DNA of 64,000 nt from Rhizophagus irregularis (Eukaryota): NCBI RefSeq assembly GCF_026210795.1, contig NC_089435.1, positions 682,001 to 746,000 on the forward strand. Reading direction: 5' to 3'. Below the pieces are notes generated by a model. That model did not search any database, was not told where the DNA came from, and worked only from the letters and a program-made list of their open reading frames with translations. Position numbers and translations under genes: made by a program. Below, in pieces: positions 26,020-37,936 of this stretch (position 1 is its first letter; each line of letters opens with the position of its first letter).

Positions 26020-26145
26020 CATTGTCATTGTCATTGACATTGACATTGACATTGACATTGACATTGACATTGACATTGTCACTGACATTGACATTGACAT
26101 TGTCATTTTTTTTTTTTTTTATTTTTTTTTACATTGTCATTGTCA
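26020..26145. repeat. (GACATT)n microsatellite
   Basis: Directly visible; reverse-complement copy at ~53435-53530. Confidence 0.9.
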
Positions 26146-26741
26146 TTTACAATAAAGTTATATAAGATTAATTTGAGAGTTTTTTACCAAAAAGGAAATT
26201 TTTTTATAAAAAGAGAAATGATTTTCAATTTCGAGGCAATTCAGCAGGTGTTTTAATAACAAATTGAGAAATGATTTCCATAGAAAATCTCGTGACAAAA
26301 TTTATAATAAATTTAAAAATAAATGATCAACAAATGATCAACAAAATTGTTACTAGTTTTATAAAAAACGCCCAATAATATCTTTTTATTGTTTTAATTA
26401 CTAACTAAAAGTTCATTTCCTTCTTAAATACAAACTAATAACAGAAATAAAAATGATTACTAATTGACAAATTCTTTTTATCTACATAAATTCTTTATTA
26501 CTACTAAGTAAATAATTCAGTTCAGCAAAATACTAGATAAATACTAATATATAAATATAACACTTTTATTTACTCAAATTCCTAAACTACAGTTTGTTTC
26601 TTTCCAAAAGTTTATTAAGTCATTATTAGTATACAAAGAGGTTGTAAAGAAATTATGCAAAACCTATTAATGTATTTTGAATAATTAAAATAATTTATTT
26701 AAAACACCAGTTTGGCTAGGTCTTTAAATTTTGGACAAAGG

Positions 26742-28517
26742 CTACAATAAATCCTTTATAGCGATTTTAATACCATATTTGAATTTACTCAAATTATTTT
26801 GTGCAACAGCATCTCCACTTTTGGCTGCTTTTGTGAACCATTCAGTTGCCTTATTCTCGTTTTTTTCTAATCCCAAACCATGTTCATAACAATATCCCAA
26901 ATTATTTTGTCCCATTTTATACCCTTTTCCAGCTGATTTTAAATACCACTCAAATGCTTTTTTCTCATCCTTATCTGTTCCTTTACCATATTTGTAACAA
27001 TCTCCTAAATTATTTTGTGCTACTGAATCCCCATTTTCAGCTGCTTTTGTGTACCATTTAAATGCTTCTATTTCATTCTTATCCGTTCCTTTACCATTTT
27101 CATAGCAATATCCTAAATTATATTGACCCTCAGCACATCCTATAATAGCTGATTTTGTATACCATTCAATTGCTTTTGTTTCATCCTTATCTGTTCCTAT
27201 CCCATGGTCATAACAATATCCCACATTACTTTGACTCATTGCATCTCCATTTTCAGCTGATTTTAAATACCATTCAAATGCTTTTGCTTCATTCTTATCT
27301 ATTCCATAACCTTTTAGATAACAATATCCCACATAACTTTGACTCTTTACATCTCCATTTTCTGCTGATTTTAGATACCATTTAAACGCTTTTATTTCAT
27401 TCTTATTCGTTCCTTTACCATGTTCATAACAAGATCCCACATGAATTTGACTCATTACATATCCATTTTCAGCTGATTCTAAATACCATTCAAATGCTTT
27501 AATTTCATTCTTATTCGTTCCTTTACCAAATTCATAACAATATCCTGCATTATATTGACCCTCAGCACATCCGGTAATAGCTGATTTTAAATACCATTTA
27601 AATGCCCTTGGTATATTTTTTCTTACTCTATCTTTGCCAGTTTGAAAACAAAATCCTATCTTATTTTGTGCTATTGAATTATTTGATATCGCAGATTCTA
27701 AATCCATTGCAAAACTACCCTTTATCATTCTTTTCTTCTTATTTCTTCTATGAGCACGAAATTTAGCTGGTTGAATAGATTTTAAAAACAAGTCAAATGC
27801 TTTTTCTTCGTCTTTTTGTGTTCCTATTCCATCCATGTAACAAATTGCTAAATTATATTGTGCACTTAAATTCCCTTCTTCAGTTAAACGTAGAAGTAAT
27901 TCAAAAACTTTTTTATAATTATTAACACTTCCATCTTTCCTACAAATTGCTAAATTAAATTGTACTTCTAATTCACTATTTCCGTTTATTCTTTCAAGAA
28001 ACACCAATTTGTTTTGGTTAAGATCAGTAACAGCAGATAAAATCATACTATTAATAATATCTTTATAATGAAATAATGATAATAAATATTTTCCAATAAT
28101 TGTATTACTATTTCTTAACAAATTGAATGCACCATTATTTTTTACAATCAATTGTAATTGATTCTTATCTATTATATCTAAAGAATCATAATCAATATTA
28201 TTATTGATGGCAATTAAATAACAATCCAACGCCTTTTCCCTATTAAGATCACAACCAATACCAAATTGATAAAAATATCCTATTAAACTTGTAAACCAAG
28301 ATTTATTTCTTTTATGATTTTCCATTATTTTGAGAATTTTTTTAGGATTTTTATCATTATTTTCATGGAAAGAGATTATCCAATTAGTCGAAATATTTTC
28401 AAAATCATCAATATCATCTATTTTAACAATGTAATTATGAAATCTTATTATAAGATTCTTTAAAAGATTTTCATCACCTAAAGTAATATTGATATCTTTA
28501 ATTTTATTGGACGACAT
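26742..28517 (-). CDS. Sel1-like repeat protein (591 aa, single exon)
   Basis: Uninterrupted ORF with ~10 AQxNLGYCYxxGxGTxKxExKAFxWYxKSA repeats. Confidence 0.9.
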   Translation of the reverse strand: MSSNKIKDINITLGDENLLKNLIIRFHNYIVKIDDIDDFENISTNWIISFHENNDKNPKKILKIMENHKRNKSWFTSLIGYFYQFGIGCDLNREKALDCYLIAINNNIDYDSLDIIDKNQLQLIVKNNGAFNLLRNSNTIIGKYLLSLFHYKDIINSMILSAVTDLNQNKLVFLERINGNSELEVQFNLAICRKDGSVNNYKKVFELLLRLTEEGNLSAQYNLAICYMDGIGTQKDEEKAFDLFLKSIQPAKFRAHRRNKKKRMIKGSFAMDLESAISNNSIAQNKIGFCFQTGKDRVRKNIPRAFKWYLKSAITGCAEGQYNAGYCYEFGKGTNKNEIKAFEWYLESAENGYVMSQIHVGSCYEHGKGTNKNEIKAFKWYLKSAENGDVKSQSYVGYCYLKGYGIDKNEAKAFEWYLKSAENGDAMSQSNVGYCYDHGIGTDKDETKAIEWYTKSAIIGCAEGQYNLGYCYENGKGTDKNEIEAFKWYTKAAENGDSVAQNNLGDCYKYGKGTDKDEKKAFEWYLKSAGKGYKMGQNNLGYCYEHGLGLEKNENKATEWFTKAAKSGDAVAQNNLSKFKYGIKIAIKDLL

Positions 28518-29237
28518 TGTTGGTTTTCTTGTAAGTCTATTTTTTTTTCTTTTTTCAAAAAAAAAAAATTCTGTTGGATTCTAACGTTAGCAATTCTTTA
28601 AATAAGGCCACTGTAGATCAAAGTGGTACGACATTTTGTAAGGTCATCTGATACCTGTTGAATGATCAAATGACCAGTACAATATATATTTTAAATAAAG
28701 ATTGATTAATTATGCAGATCCAATTCTTGGAGTTAAACAATTTAAGAAATTATATTCAGTCATGCAGATTTTCTTTGTTAATCATCACAAAGTATAAATG
28801 CATAATAACAAAGAATTGAATATTCGATAATTAAACCTTTTTTCAAAAAAAAAAAAAAAATTTTATTAAACATCACCATGAAATATAAACGTACTTTCGC
28901 AGCGATTTGCACCTACGAATACATATAACAAAAATGTCTATCTAATAATATAATTACTATTTATAAAAAATGACTAGATGATTACATTGTAATTTAATCA
29001 ACGTTGAAAAATATCGTCATATCAAATTATATCAAATTATACCGATTTTTATATGTTTCTCTCATGTAGTGGAAAAGTGAAATTTTATCATTATATTAAT
29101 ATATATCGGTATATCGAATATCGATATATCGAGGTCTGACTATACTTATTACAATAAAATATCATTGATTAATTCATTATGAAAATTGCGTGTTAAATAT
29201 AACATTATGTAACAATACATAATAAATAATATAATTA

Positions 29238-30344
29238 CAGTCAACTCCCTCTATAGTCACTCCCGTTATAGTCACATTCTACTATATAGTCACACCAGTT
29301 GAATGTTCAAAACACTTTATTATTAAAATTTATCCTATATAGTCACAATCTATCTATAGTCACTATCACACCTATCCTCAAAAATCTTATATTAAAAAGA
29401 ACCGTTTATAATCACAGTTATATAAAGAATATATTAAATAACTTGGCATCTAATAATCGTACAAAGATGTATCATAGCTTGTTAGAATCGTCTCACTGAG
29501 ACAAATCGAATGGTGGTAGTTTTATCCTTTTCCGATCACTGGCTGACGAGTTATTCAACAAAATGTTGAACATCGGCATTATAATATTTCTTGATTTACG
29601 TTTACTGCGCCATTTAACATTTTGCTAGATTTCTCAGTACCTAGTGATTGTAAAAAGACGATTTATAGCTCGTTGGAATCGCCTCATCGAGACGAATTGA
29701 ATGGTGGTAAGCTCATCTCTCTGTGATCAATATTGACGGAGTTATTACTTAAAACCCATTTAATATTTTTTAATTTCGGAAATTGATCTAGTGATTGGAT
29801 TTCGATGTATCTTATACCATTAGAACCGTCTCATCAAGACGAATCGAATGGCGGTAAGATCATCTCTCTATGATTAATATTGGCAGAGTTATTACACAAA
29901 AACCATTAATATTTTTTAATTTCGGAAATTAATCTAGTGATTGGATTTCGATGTATCTTATACCATTAGAACCGTCTCATCAAGACGAATCGAATGGCGG
30001 TAAGATCATCTCTCTATGATTAATATTGGCAGAGTTATTACACAAAAACCATTAATATTTTTTTAATTTCGGAAATTAATCTAGTAATTGGATTTCGACG
30101 TATTTTATACCATTAGAACCGTCTCATCAAGACGAATCGAATGGCGGTAAGATCATCACTCTACGATTAATATTGGCGAAGTTATGATACAATAAAGTTT
30201 TAAGTATAATTCTGGCTAAAATTATGTTAATTTTTGGCAGGAATTATGATATACAAATATAAGAAATTTTTTATATAGTCACATCTCTTTATAATCACCA
30301 AATATGGACTGTCCCAAATGTGTGACTATAAAGAGAGTTGACTG
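29238..30344. mobile_element. Tc1/mariner-pogo-type non-autonomous element, copy 1 (1107 bp), with internal 146-bp repeats
   Basis: TIR cagtcaactccctctatagtcac / gtgactataaagagagttgactg; TA on both sides; tatagtcac subterminal repeats; second copy at 59949-60909. Confidence 0.92.
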
Positions 30345-31159
30345 TATTTCTTATTTGATCTTTTATAACTGAAACAACTGCTTTTGTAGTTAAAATTATT
30401 TTATCTATCATCAAAATAACTCATAAATAATGCAGTTGATAATTATTATGATACATTATGTATTGTGTAGTATATATATAACCAGTATATTAGCTGTGCA
30501 ATATCAAATAAAATATTCAAATTAAGTTTAGTACTACACAGAATAACTAATCCCATAAAATAAAACGGTTTGTAATTTGTTTCGTGACTTTTCATTACTT
30601 GTCCCTTTTTATTATTTTATTGCAAATTTTCTAGATGAATTTATCGCTATTTGATTGGATGACATCGTATTGAGACAATTTCAAGATAATTCATCATATT
30701 ATTGTTTCAATAACTCTAAATTCTTAAGCATTAGCAAATACGTGAATAATCTGTATAATTAAATCACAAGTAAAATTTGATTTGATAATTTATTTTAACG
30801 TAATTTCATTTCAAATACTTTTAAATACATTTTCAAGATTATAATTAAATGAATAGACTTATACATATATTTTTTACATCATCATCATGATACATAACTA
30901 ATAAATGAAAATGTGTATAGCTTTAGACCTTATTCTGACGGACATGATAAGGGGATTTCTAACCGTCGTAATCGCCTGGGGGTTTTTTTTCAATTATGTC
31001 ACATGATGTACAATATATTGAGTAAATTAGTAAATTTATTTTAATCGGCTGATGGCTGATTTTTTTAAAAAATTTTTTTGCAAAACATATTTATTCAAAA
31101 TAATCTTATTTAATGAAATTTTATTTGCAAATATTAAAATTTGAGTCACACATTTACGA

Positions 31160-32080
31160 TTTTAAAGAAAAAAATCACCGTATTTATTTTTGATGAAGTG
31201 ATATAAATGAAAAACAATAACAATAAATAAAAAAGATAAGTAAATTACAATGATCAAGGAGAAAGATGCTAATAAAAAAATGAAATAACAATGGAGTAAT
31301 GGAAAGTAATAGAAGATGAAAGGGAGTAAAAAAGAGTAATGAGAAGTTATAGGAAACAAAAGGAGAAATAGGACATGATGAAAGATAAAAGGAGTGAAAG
31401 AAGTGATGGGAAACGAAAGTGGAGTGACAGGAGACGAAAAAGAGTGATGAGAGACGAAAAGAAGTGATGGGAGAAGAAGAGAGTGATGGAAGGTAAAAAG
31501 GAGTGATGGGAGACGAAAAGAAGTGATGGGAAGATGAAGAGGAGAGGAGTGATGGGAGACGAAAAGAAGTGATGGGAAGATGAAGAGGAGAGGAGTGATG
31601 GGAGACGAAAAGAAGTGATGGGAGATGAAGAGGAGTGATGAGAGAAAAAAAGAAATGATGGGAAGTAAACAGAGATAATGGAAAATGAAAAGATGTAATA
31701 GAAAATAATGGGAGGCGAAAGGATGGAATAATAAGTAATAAAAAAAAATGATCATGATAGGAGGTTGGGTAATGATAGGAAACAAAGTAAAAAATAAAAC
31801 CATAAAGTAAAAAAAAATGAAGTTAGTGAGAAACGAAATATAAGATAGAAACGAAATAAAAAAAAATAAATAAATAAATAAATAAAAAATACCTTTATTA
31901 ATTGTAGAGCCGAAAAAGAACCAAAATATCTAAAAAAAAATGAAATAAAATTAGTGAAAAACGAAATATGAAGCAGAAACAAAATAAAAAAATAAAAAAA
32001 TGAGTAGGAAACGAATAAAAGAAAAGAAAAATACCTTGAGACCGAAAGAACCGAGGAAACGAACCTATACTGAAAACGAG
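31160..32080. repeat. Polypurine low-complexity tract with gagtgatgggagacgaaaagaa minisatellite
   Basis: Directly visible repeats at ~31400-31650; the F/L/S-rich antisense ORFs are by-products. Confidence 0.75.
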
Positions 32081-33179
32081 ATTCGATAAACAAATAATCA
32101 TGACGCGATCAAATATAACATATACAGAGACACGGGAAGTGCAAAAATAGACTGCCTTTCGATATTTTGAATTTGGGAATTTTTCATTGCTAGTTTAGCA
32201 ATCTAGCAATCGGTAGGAAATTTTAGTTTTTTGAGGAACAAATGAAATTAATGAGAATGAGGTGATTTGACATGGTACAAATTATCGGCAATAAAATTTA
32301 CCCAGTTTCAGGGAACGCCAACAACCGCAGCAAATCACGTAATTTTTGGAATATCGGATTGAATGCGAATGAAGAAACTTTGGAATATCTGATTGGATAG
32401 AACTATGGTCTCGGTCTATTACTGTACTTTTGATTAGTGACATACCTTAAGTTGCGCCATATTGTGTTAGGTCATTGGCGTAAGTTCATACGGCTTGACG
32501 TATCAAAATAGAAAATTTATAATGTTCGTGAAGAAAAAGGAAGAAATAGAAATGGGTATTATTCCTTTTGGGAATACAATAATAGAAGTGAACAATATAC
32601 TAATCAAGCCATGCGTGATTTATAATAACCATGTTATCAATAATCAATTAAGGAGATAATATAATAGGAGCAATAGGACAAAAGAAAAAATCGAAAATCG
32701 AAAAAAAATATAATTGAAGATAAAATGTAAAAAAAAAATAAAAATTATAAATAAGAAAAGACGTGGAAACTCATGATTTGGCAATTTTAATACTTTTTGC
32801 ATGTGAAATCATATGAAAAGAACGGTAAGTTAACTTAAATTCTACCCGCGGATCTTCAAATCATTGGTGATTTACATCGGCTAAATTTATGCTAATTTGA
32901 TCATATTTTTGTTGTGCAACAAAAGCATCAAAAGCATCGGAACAATCACTCTGAAAATGGTCATAGTCAAATGACATGTGATTACACAAATACGCCTAGT
33001 ATAAATAATCCACAATCAGCGTAACTTTTTAAAAAGAATTGTAAATTCCCCTCTCTTCGTTTACACTATTCGCTATGGAATGTACGAAATATTAGATACT
33101 ATGTCCGAAATTATTATTATTATTATTTTTTTCTTGAATATAAACTTTATTAAGATATCCTAGAGACGTTTACCCGTCA

Positions 33180-35030
33180 ACAATCGTCACATTGTAATAG
33201 CCCATGGGTCGTTTAACAATTCCATTTTTATGGGAAGATCCATTTCATTGAAACAACCTTTATATTGAAATATTTAAATGATGATAAAACATTTAGATAC
33301 ACATAAAATGATTAATTCTATAGTAAAGTGGGGTTGCAGCAGTTAAACCGATACAAAAAAAGAGAATTTATAAAATTTTCTATAGGTCATTAATTACAAT
33401 ATTCATTAACATGAGGCGAAATTACATACACTTGATATTCATATGAACGTCATTATTATGATATTACTGTTTCTGAATTTATTTTAAGAAGTTCAAAAAA
33501 AAATTTATTTGTAATATTAGGAATCTTTATCTTAAATTTGACACTTATGATGCATATAATATAGACTCATTTTTAATTCAATTTCTTCAATTAATTTCCA
33601 ATTTATAAATCGTTATCAAAATCTTGAAGAAAATTTAAGTCATATAATTAAATCACAAAAAAATCTCAAAAACATTTCTTTTAATTTTGATAGCCTTCCC
33701 TTATATAATTCCTAATTGTATAAATACTTTAAGAACCATTATATTTTATTAGGGTAAAGTTATTCCTCACCCTTGATGTTGATTGGCTAATTAACACTAC
33801 ACGGGAAATTTATTTATGTTTTGGATTAGAAAAAAAAAACTTAATGAACGATCAAAAGCAACCTTTTTTCTTTTTCTTTATTTCATAAATAAATTATTTA
33901 TTTTACAATCAGTTGTAGGTTTTTAACAACAGACTTTATTTCATAAGTATTTTAAGAAATACCGATCAAAATCAAGAAATATACATTTGAAGAAGTGATT
34001 GATGTTTGACTTGTTCTGTTATATATTTAGTAAATAAATAAAGACAAGAGCGCTACATACGAGTAAAAACCTAACAGGCAGGTATACTTCCGGGTCAAGA
34101 AATATACATTATGTTTTAGCAACAAACAAACTAGGTAACGAAAGAAACATAAGAGATGAAATGTAATGAACGAAATGATAAAAGACGAAAAGGTGATGAA
34201 CAAAATGAAAAGATAATGAAAAATGATGGAAAAAAATAGATGAAAATGAAAATAACAGAATGAGAAAGAGATAAAAAAAGAAGAGACGGAAGGGAATAAT
34301 AAATGGAAAACAAGAAAGATCGAAAAAGGAAAGGGAAATAAAAAAGAATAAGAAAAGGAAGAACGAATAAGAATAATAAAAAAAAGGGAGTGAAAAAGAA
34401 TAAGAGAAAAGAAAGAGGATGAAAAAAGCAAGAAAAAGAGAAGGGGGAACAAAAAGGAGTAATAAAAAGGAGAAGAAACGAAAAATAATAAGGAGGAGGA
34501 TAAAAAAAGTAATAAGAAAAAGAAGGAGACGAAAGAAAACAAGAAAAAGGGAAGGAGGAACGAAAAAGAGCAGAAAGGGGGAAGAAAAAAGAAAAGGAAC
34601 CCACAAAACTTTAAAACAAAGAGAGGACAAAACCGCCTGATACCAAAGAAAAAAAAATTCTGGCCGTTAGCTGCTAAAGAAAATAAAACGAAACAAATAG
34701 TTATGATGATGCAATTGACGCATGTAATTATAAACGTTAAATTTCACGTGATCGGATGGTGAATAAATTTTCTCATTTTATTATATTAACCTTAAAAATA
34801 TAGTTGCTTTAAATGAAGTATTTGAACAATTAAATTTTTTAGAATCTGATAAAATTCATAATTGTTGTTCTTTAGCATAGACTTTTGTAATTAAATTTTC
34901 CTTCAAAAAGAATATGATGACTTGTTTTCGATGAAAAATGAAGTAAAAGAATTTAGATTGCATAATATTATAGTTCAAAATTATTATAAGTGAAATGTAT
35001 TAGTAGTCATTTATATAATGACTTATTAAA
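33180..35030 (+). pseudogene. Degenerate F-box/LRR gene interrupted by a MULE-like element
   Basis: IPFLWEDPFS at ~33222, IKSQKNLK at ~33648, NTLRTIIFY|YINLKNIVALNEVFEQLN across the insertion; many stops. Confidence 0.7.
33752..34774. mobile_element. Mutator-like (MULE) non-autonomous element, 1023 bp
   Basis: 9-bp TSD attttatta (33743-33751, 34775-34783); imperfect G-starting TIR gggtaaagttattc / gaataaattttctc; interrupts an LRR pseudogene; purine-rich core. Confidence 0.8.
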
Positions 35031-35049
35031 ATGTATCTTTTTGTACCAT

Positions 35050-35950
35050 CACTTAATAAAATATAAATAAGAAATTACATAAAGATGACTTCTTTTCCGC
35101 CCAACTTTTATAATTTAATTAATTTCCAATACGTTTACCTTTTCTTTAAGAAGTTAAAAACTAAGAGAAAGAATTAATAAAACCTTAAAGTTGGTCCTTG
35201 GCTAACCTGTGAATTTATCCCTTTCATATAAATTCGGCTTTTTTTCATCAGTTTAATACATATTATCTCTTTTAATACACAGATTATAATAATTTCTTCT
35301 TTAGCATCTGCGATATAGTAAATGTTACAGAACATGCGAAATATAGAACATGCATAATTAAATAATATAGTAACTATGCCATATTGACGAATAAATGAAA
35401 TTTAAGGCAAGATTTTTCTTAGAATTTTCAAAGATTATTTCTCCATCAATGAAGTTAAACTTCAGAGCATCCGTTTAATTGTAATGAAATTTTTTATTAA
35501 CATTTTAAATATCTTAACTAGTAAAGTTTTCATTTATTGATTTCACTAGTTAATTTTCAAAAAATGATGATTCATTGATTTATAATCAATCTTTTGGTTG
35601 TTAACAATCAATAATTAATTTATGAAACTGAGATTAATTTATTAGTACGATACTACAAAATTTAAAACAAATTCTTCCTTTTAGATTAGAGTATCTCTTG
35701 TAATTATTACAAGTGATTTTGATGTGAAAATTTCACAACCCATTTTTCCTTTTAATTATTACTCAGAACATTTTACTTTGTATAAAGGAATATATTATGA
35801 AAAGCCAGAGAACTGAATATTTGGCTTTTTAAAAATATTATTTTTTCACTCAAGTTCCTACTGACGATAATGGTTTATATTCTTTGAAAAATGAAGTAAA
35901 GGTATAAATACCATTAAAATTCAATATTACAATCAATTACGGCTAACATT
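35050..35950 (+). pseudogene. Highly degenerate F-box/LRR gene relic
   Basis: Residual family motifs ILPFRLEYL (~35671), LLCIKEYIMK (~35774), EYLAF and LYSLKNEVK (~35875). Confidence 0.55.
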
Positions 35951-36538
35951 TTTATTTATTAAATACTACTAGTTAAATATTAAAGTGATGTAAATGCAAG
36001 ATTATTAACGGATTTATACCTTAGTAACACGATGAGGTCTGATCCTATTTACTTTCTTGTTATACTTTAAACATTGTTAGTATTTATAAATTTGTAAATA
36101 AAATTTAATAGGTATTCACTTTTGATATAGTATAATCGATTTTTATTATTTTATTTATAAACACGATAAAAGCAATATTAATAACATTTCAAGTAAGGGA
36201 AGTTATAAAATTTTGAAAGAAGATTTGTTCATAGGTGAAATTAATAGAAATTACTGATTTGAATAGCTCAATTAGCTTATCAGGTAGCAAGCTAACACAA
36301 CATTTTTCAAAAAATTTCCAATGAAATTATTATTTCTTATTTAAAAAGATTGACTGTAAATTAGTGATTGATATTGAATCTTATAAGTGAAAATTTCAAA
36401 AGGACTATTTTACCACAAAAATTATAATATAAATTGTAAGCTATTTCCAATTAATATGATCTTATACTAATAAGAAAATCATCCAAAACACTATTCCTAC
36501 TGTTAATAATATAAATTTAAATTTAATATAAAAAAATT

Positions 36539-37936
36539 TTACCATTCATCATATTCAACTATTCTTCCTTCTAATTCATATTCTTCTAACAAATATTTTA
36601 TTTCCATAGTCTTACATTGTAATTTTAAAAAGATAGGATTTCTGCCTTTCCAATTATCTATAAAAAATTTTATGTGCGCAATTTCCATTGAAAAATTATT
36701 TTCAAAACAAAGCTTATACAAATTAATTGGTGATATTTTAGTTAATGCATTAAAAAAATTATCCCAATTAAAACCATAGTTGGATATAATACGTAATCCA
36801 ATTAAATATTGACAGGTAGTTAATAAGTTTTCTATTTCTATAATATTGCCAACTTGAGGTGTAAATGTTAGATATATAAGTTTTGGACAATTTTGATAAA
36901 TAGATTGAATAATTCTTTCATTCTCATTCTCTGAATAGAAGTTTCCATAATTATGAAGTTCTATTATAGTAAGTGATCCTTTTGTATTTTCAATTAAACT
37001 TATTAAATATTTGACAGGAAAATCTTGAAGAATTAAAAATTGTAAAGAAGGTAAAGATAAATTTTCCAAACACTTCCATTTGCTTTCTTCAAATAATTGA
37101 TCACCATGCAATTCTAAACTTTTTAAATTTGTCAAAGATGAGAGAATTCCTGTGGTAAATGGTTTAAATCTTGCAAAATATTGAATAGTATCTGAATGTT
37201 TAATCAAAGAATTTTCAAGAATCTTACAAAATGGTTCATCTTGTGGCTCATGATAATCATCATAACTTCCAAAATAAACATTAACCAATTTTTTTTGAGC
37301 CTTAATTAATTTAATTATCTCATAATTGTTATTAGAACTTTCAATAAAAAGTGCCAAATTTTCAATTGATTTACATTCTGATAATCCAGTTAAAATATTA
37401 TTACCAATATTAGTATAACATTTTAAAAATTTAATTTTTGAAAAGCAGATTTTGGCTTCAGGTATAAGATGTAATTGACAATTAAATTTTTTTGGTATGT
37501 AAAGGTATGTAATTTTTACATCTTTATTAATAAAAAGTTTGAATATTTCATCTTCAACAATTAATCTTTCAGATAAATCTTTAATATATTCAGTTATATT
37601 CATAATTGTACCTAAATTTAAATGTTTACAAAATCTAATGTAATTTAATAAAGGTCTTTGACATTAGCTCAAATGTATTCCACTATTTATAAAATAATTA
37701 TAAACCTCTTTAATTTTTGCTTCATCTTGTATGTGTGATATAATTACATTCAATAATAAAATTGTTGAACTAAAATGAGGAAAATTAGTTAATTCATTCC
37801 AAGGATCTTTCCATAAAATTAGAACAATTATTTCACACCAAGTTTTATTAACTAAAAGACATGAATATAAATCATTTTTATTATCTTCTAAATATTCAAA
37901 TATTAAATGGAGAATATCATTATTTAATCTGAACAT
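36539..37936 (-). pseudogene. F-box/RNI-like LRR protein with a single in-frame TAA
   Basis: F-box LNNDILHLIF...LYSCLLVNKTWCEI...LWKDPW. ORFs 37664-37936 and 36539-37603 share a frame and are joined by *CQRPLLNYIRFCKHLNLGTI. Confidence 0.8.

Larger units (their letters stand above)
21234..26397. mobile_element. Unclassified ~3.9-kb non-coding dispersed unit, copy 1 (plus nested 1.2-kb hAT)
   Basis: Near-identical to the reverse complement of 53185-57077. Its two flanks are contiguous at the paralogous site ~1374-1410. Confidence 0.75.

Noticed and set aside
25943..26155. DIDID / LTLTL ORFs (also 53326-53605)
   Set aside because: Translations of the GACATT microsatellite.
29299..29499. Repeated MNVQNTLLLK ORF (also 60010-60192)
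   Set aside because: Lies inside MITE copies, starts at TTG, has different stops in the two copies, and shows no transposase motif.
30925..32515. TIR element around the purine tract
   Set aside because: Only weak terminal similarity and no convincing TSD.
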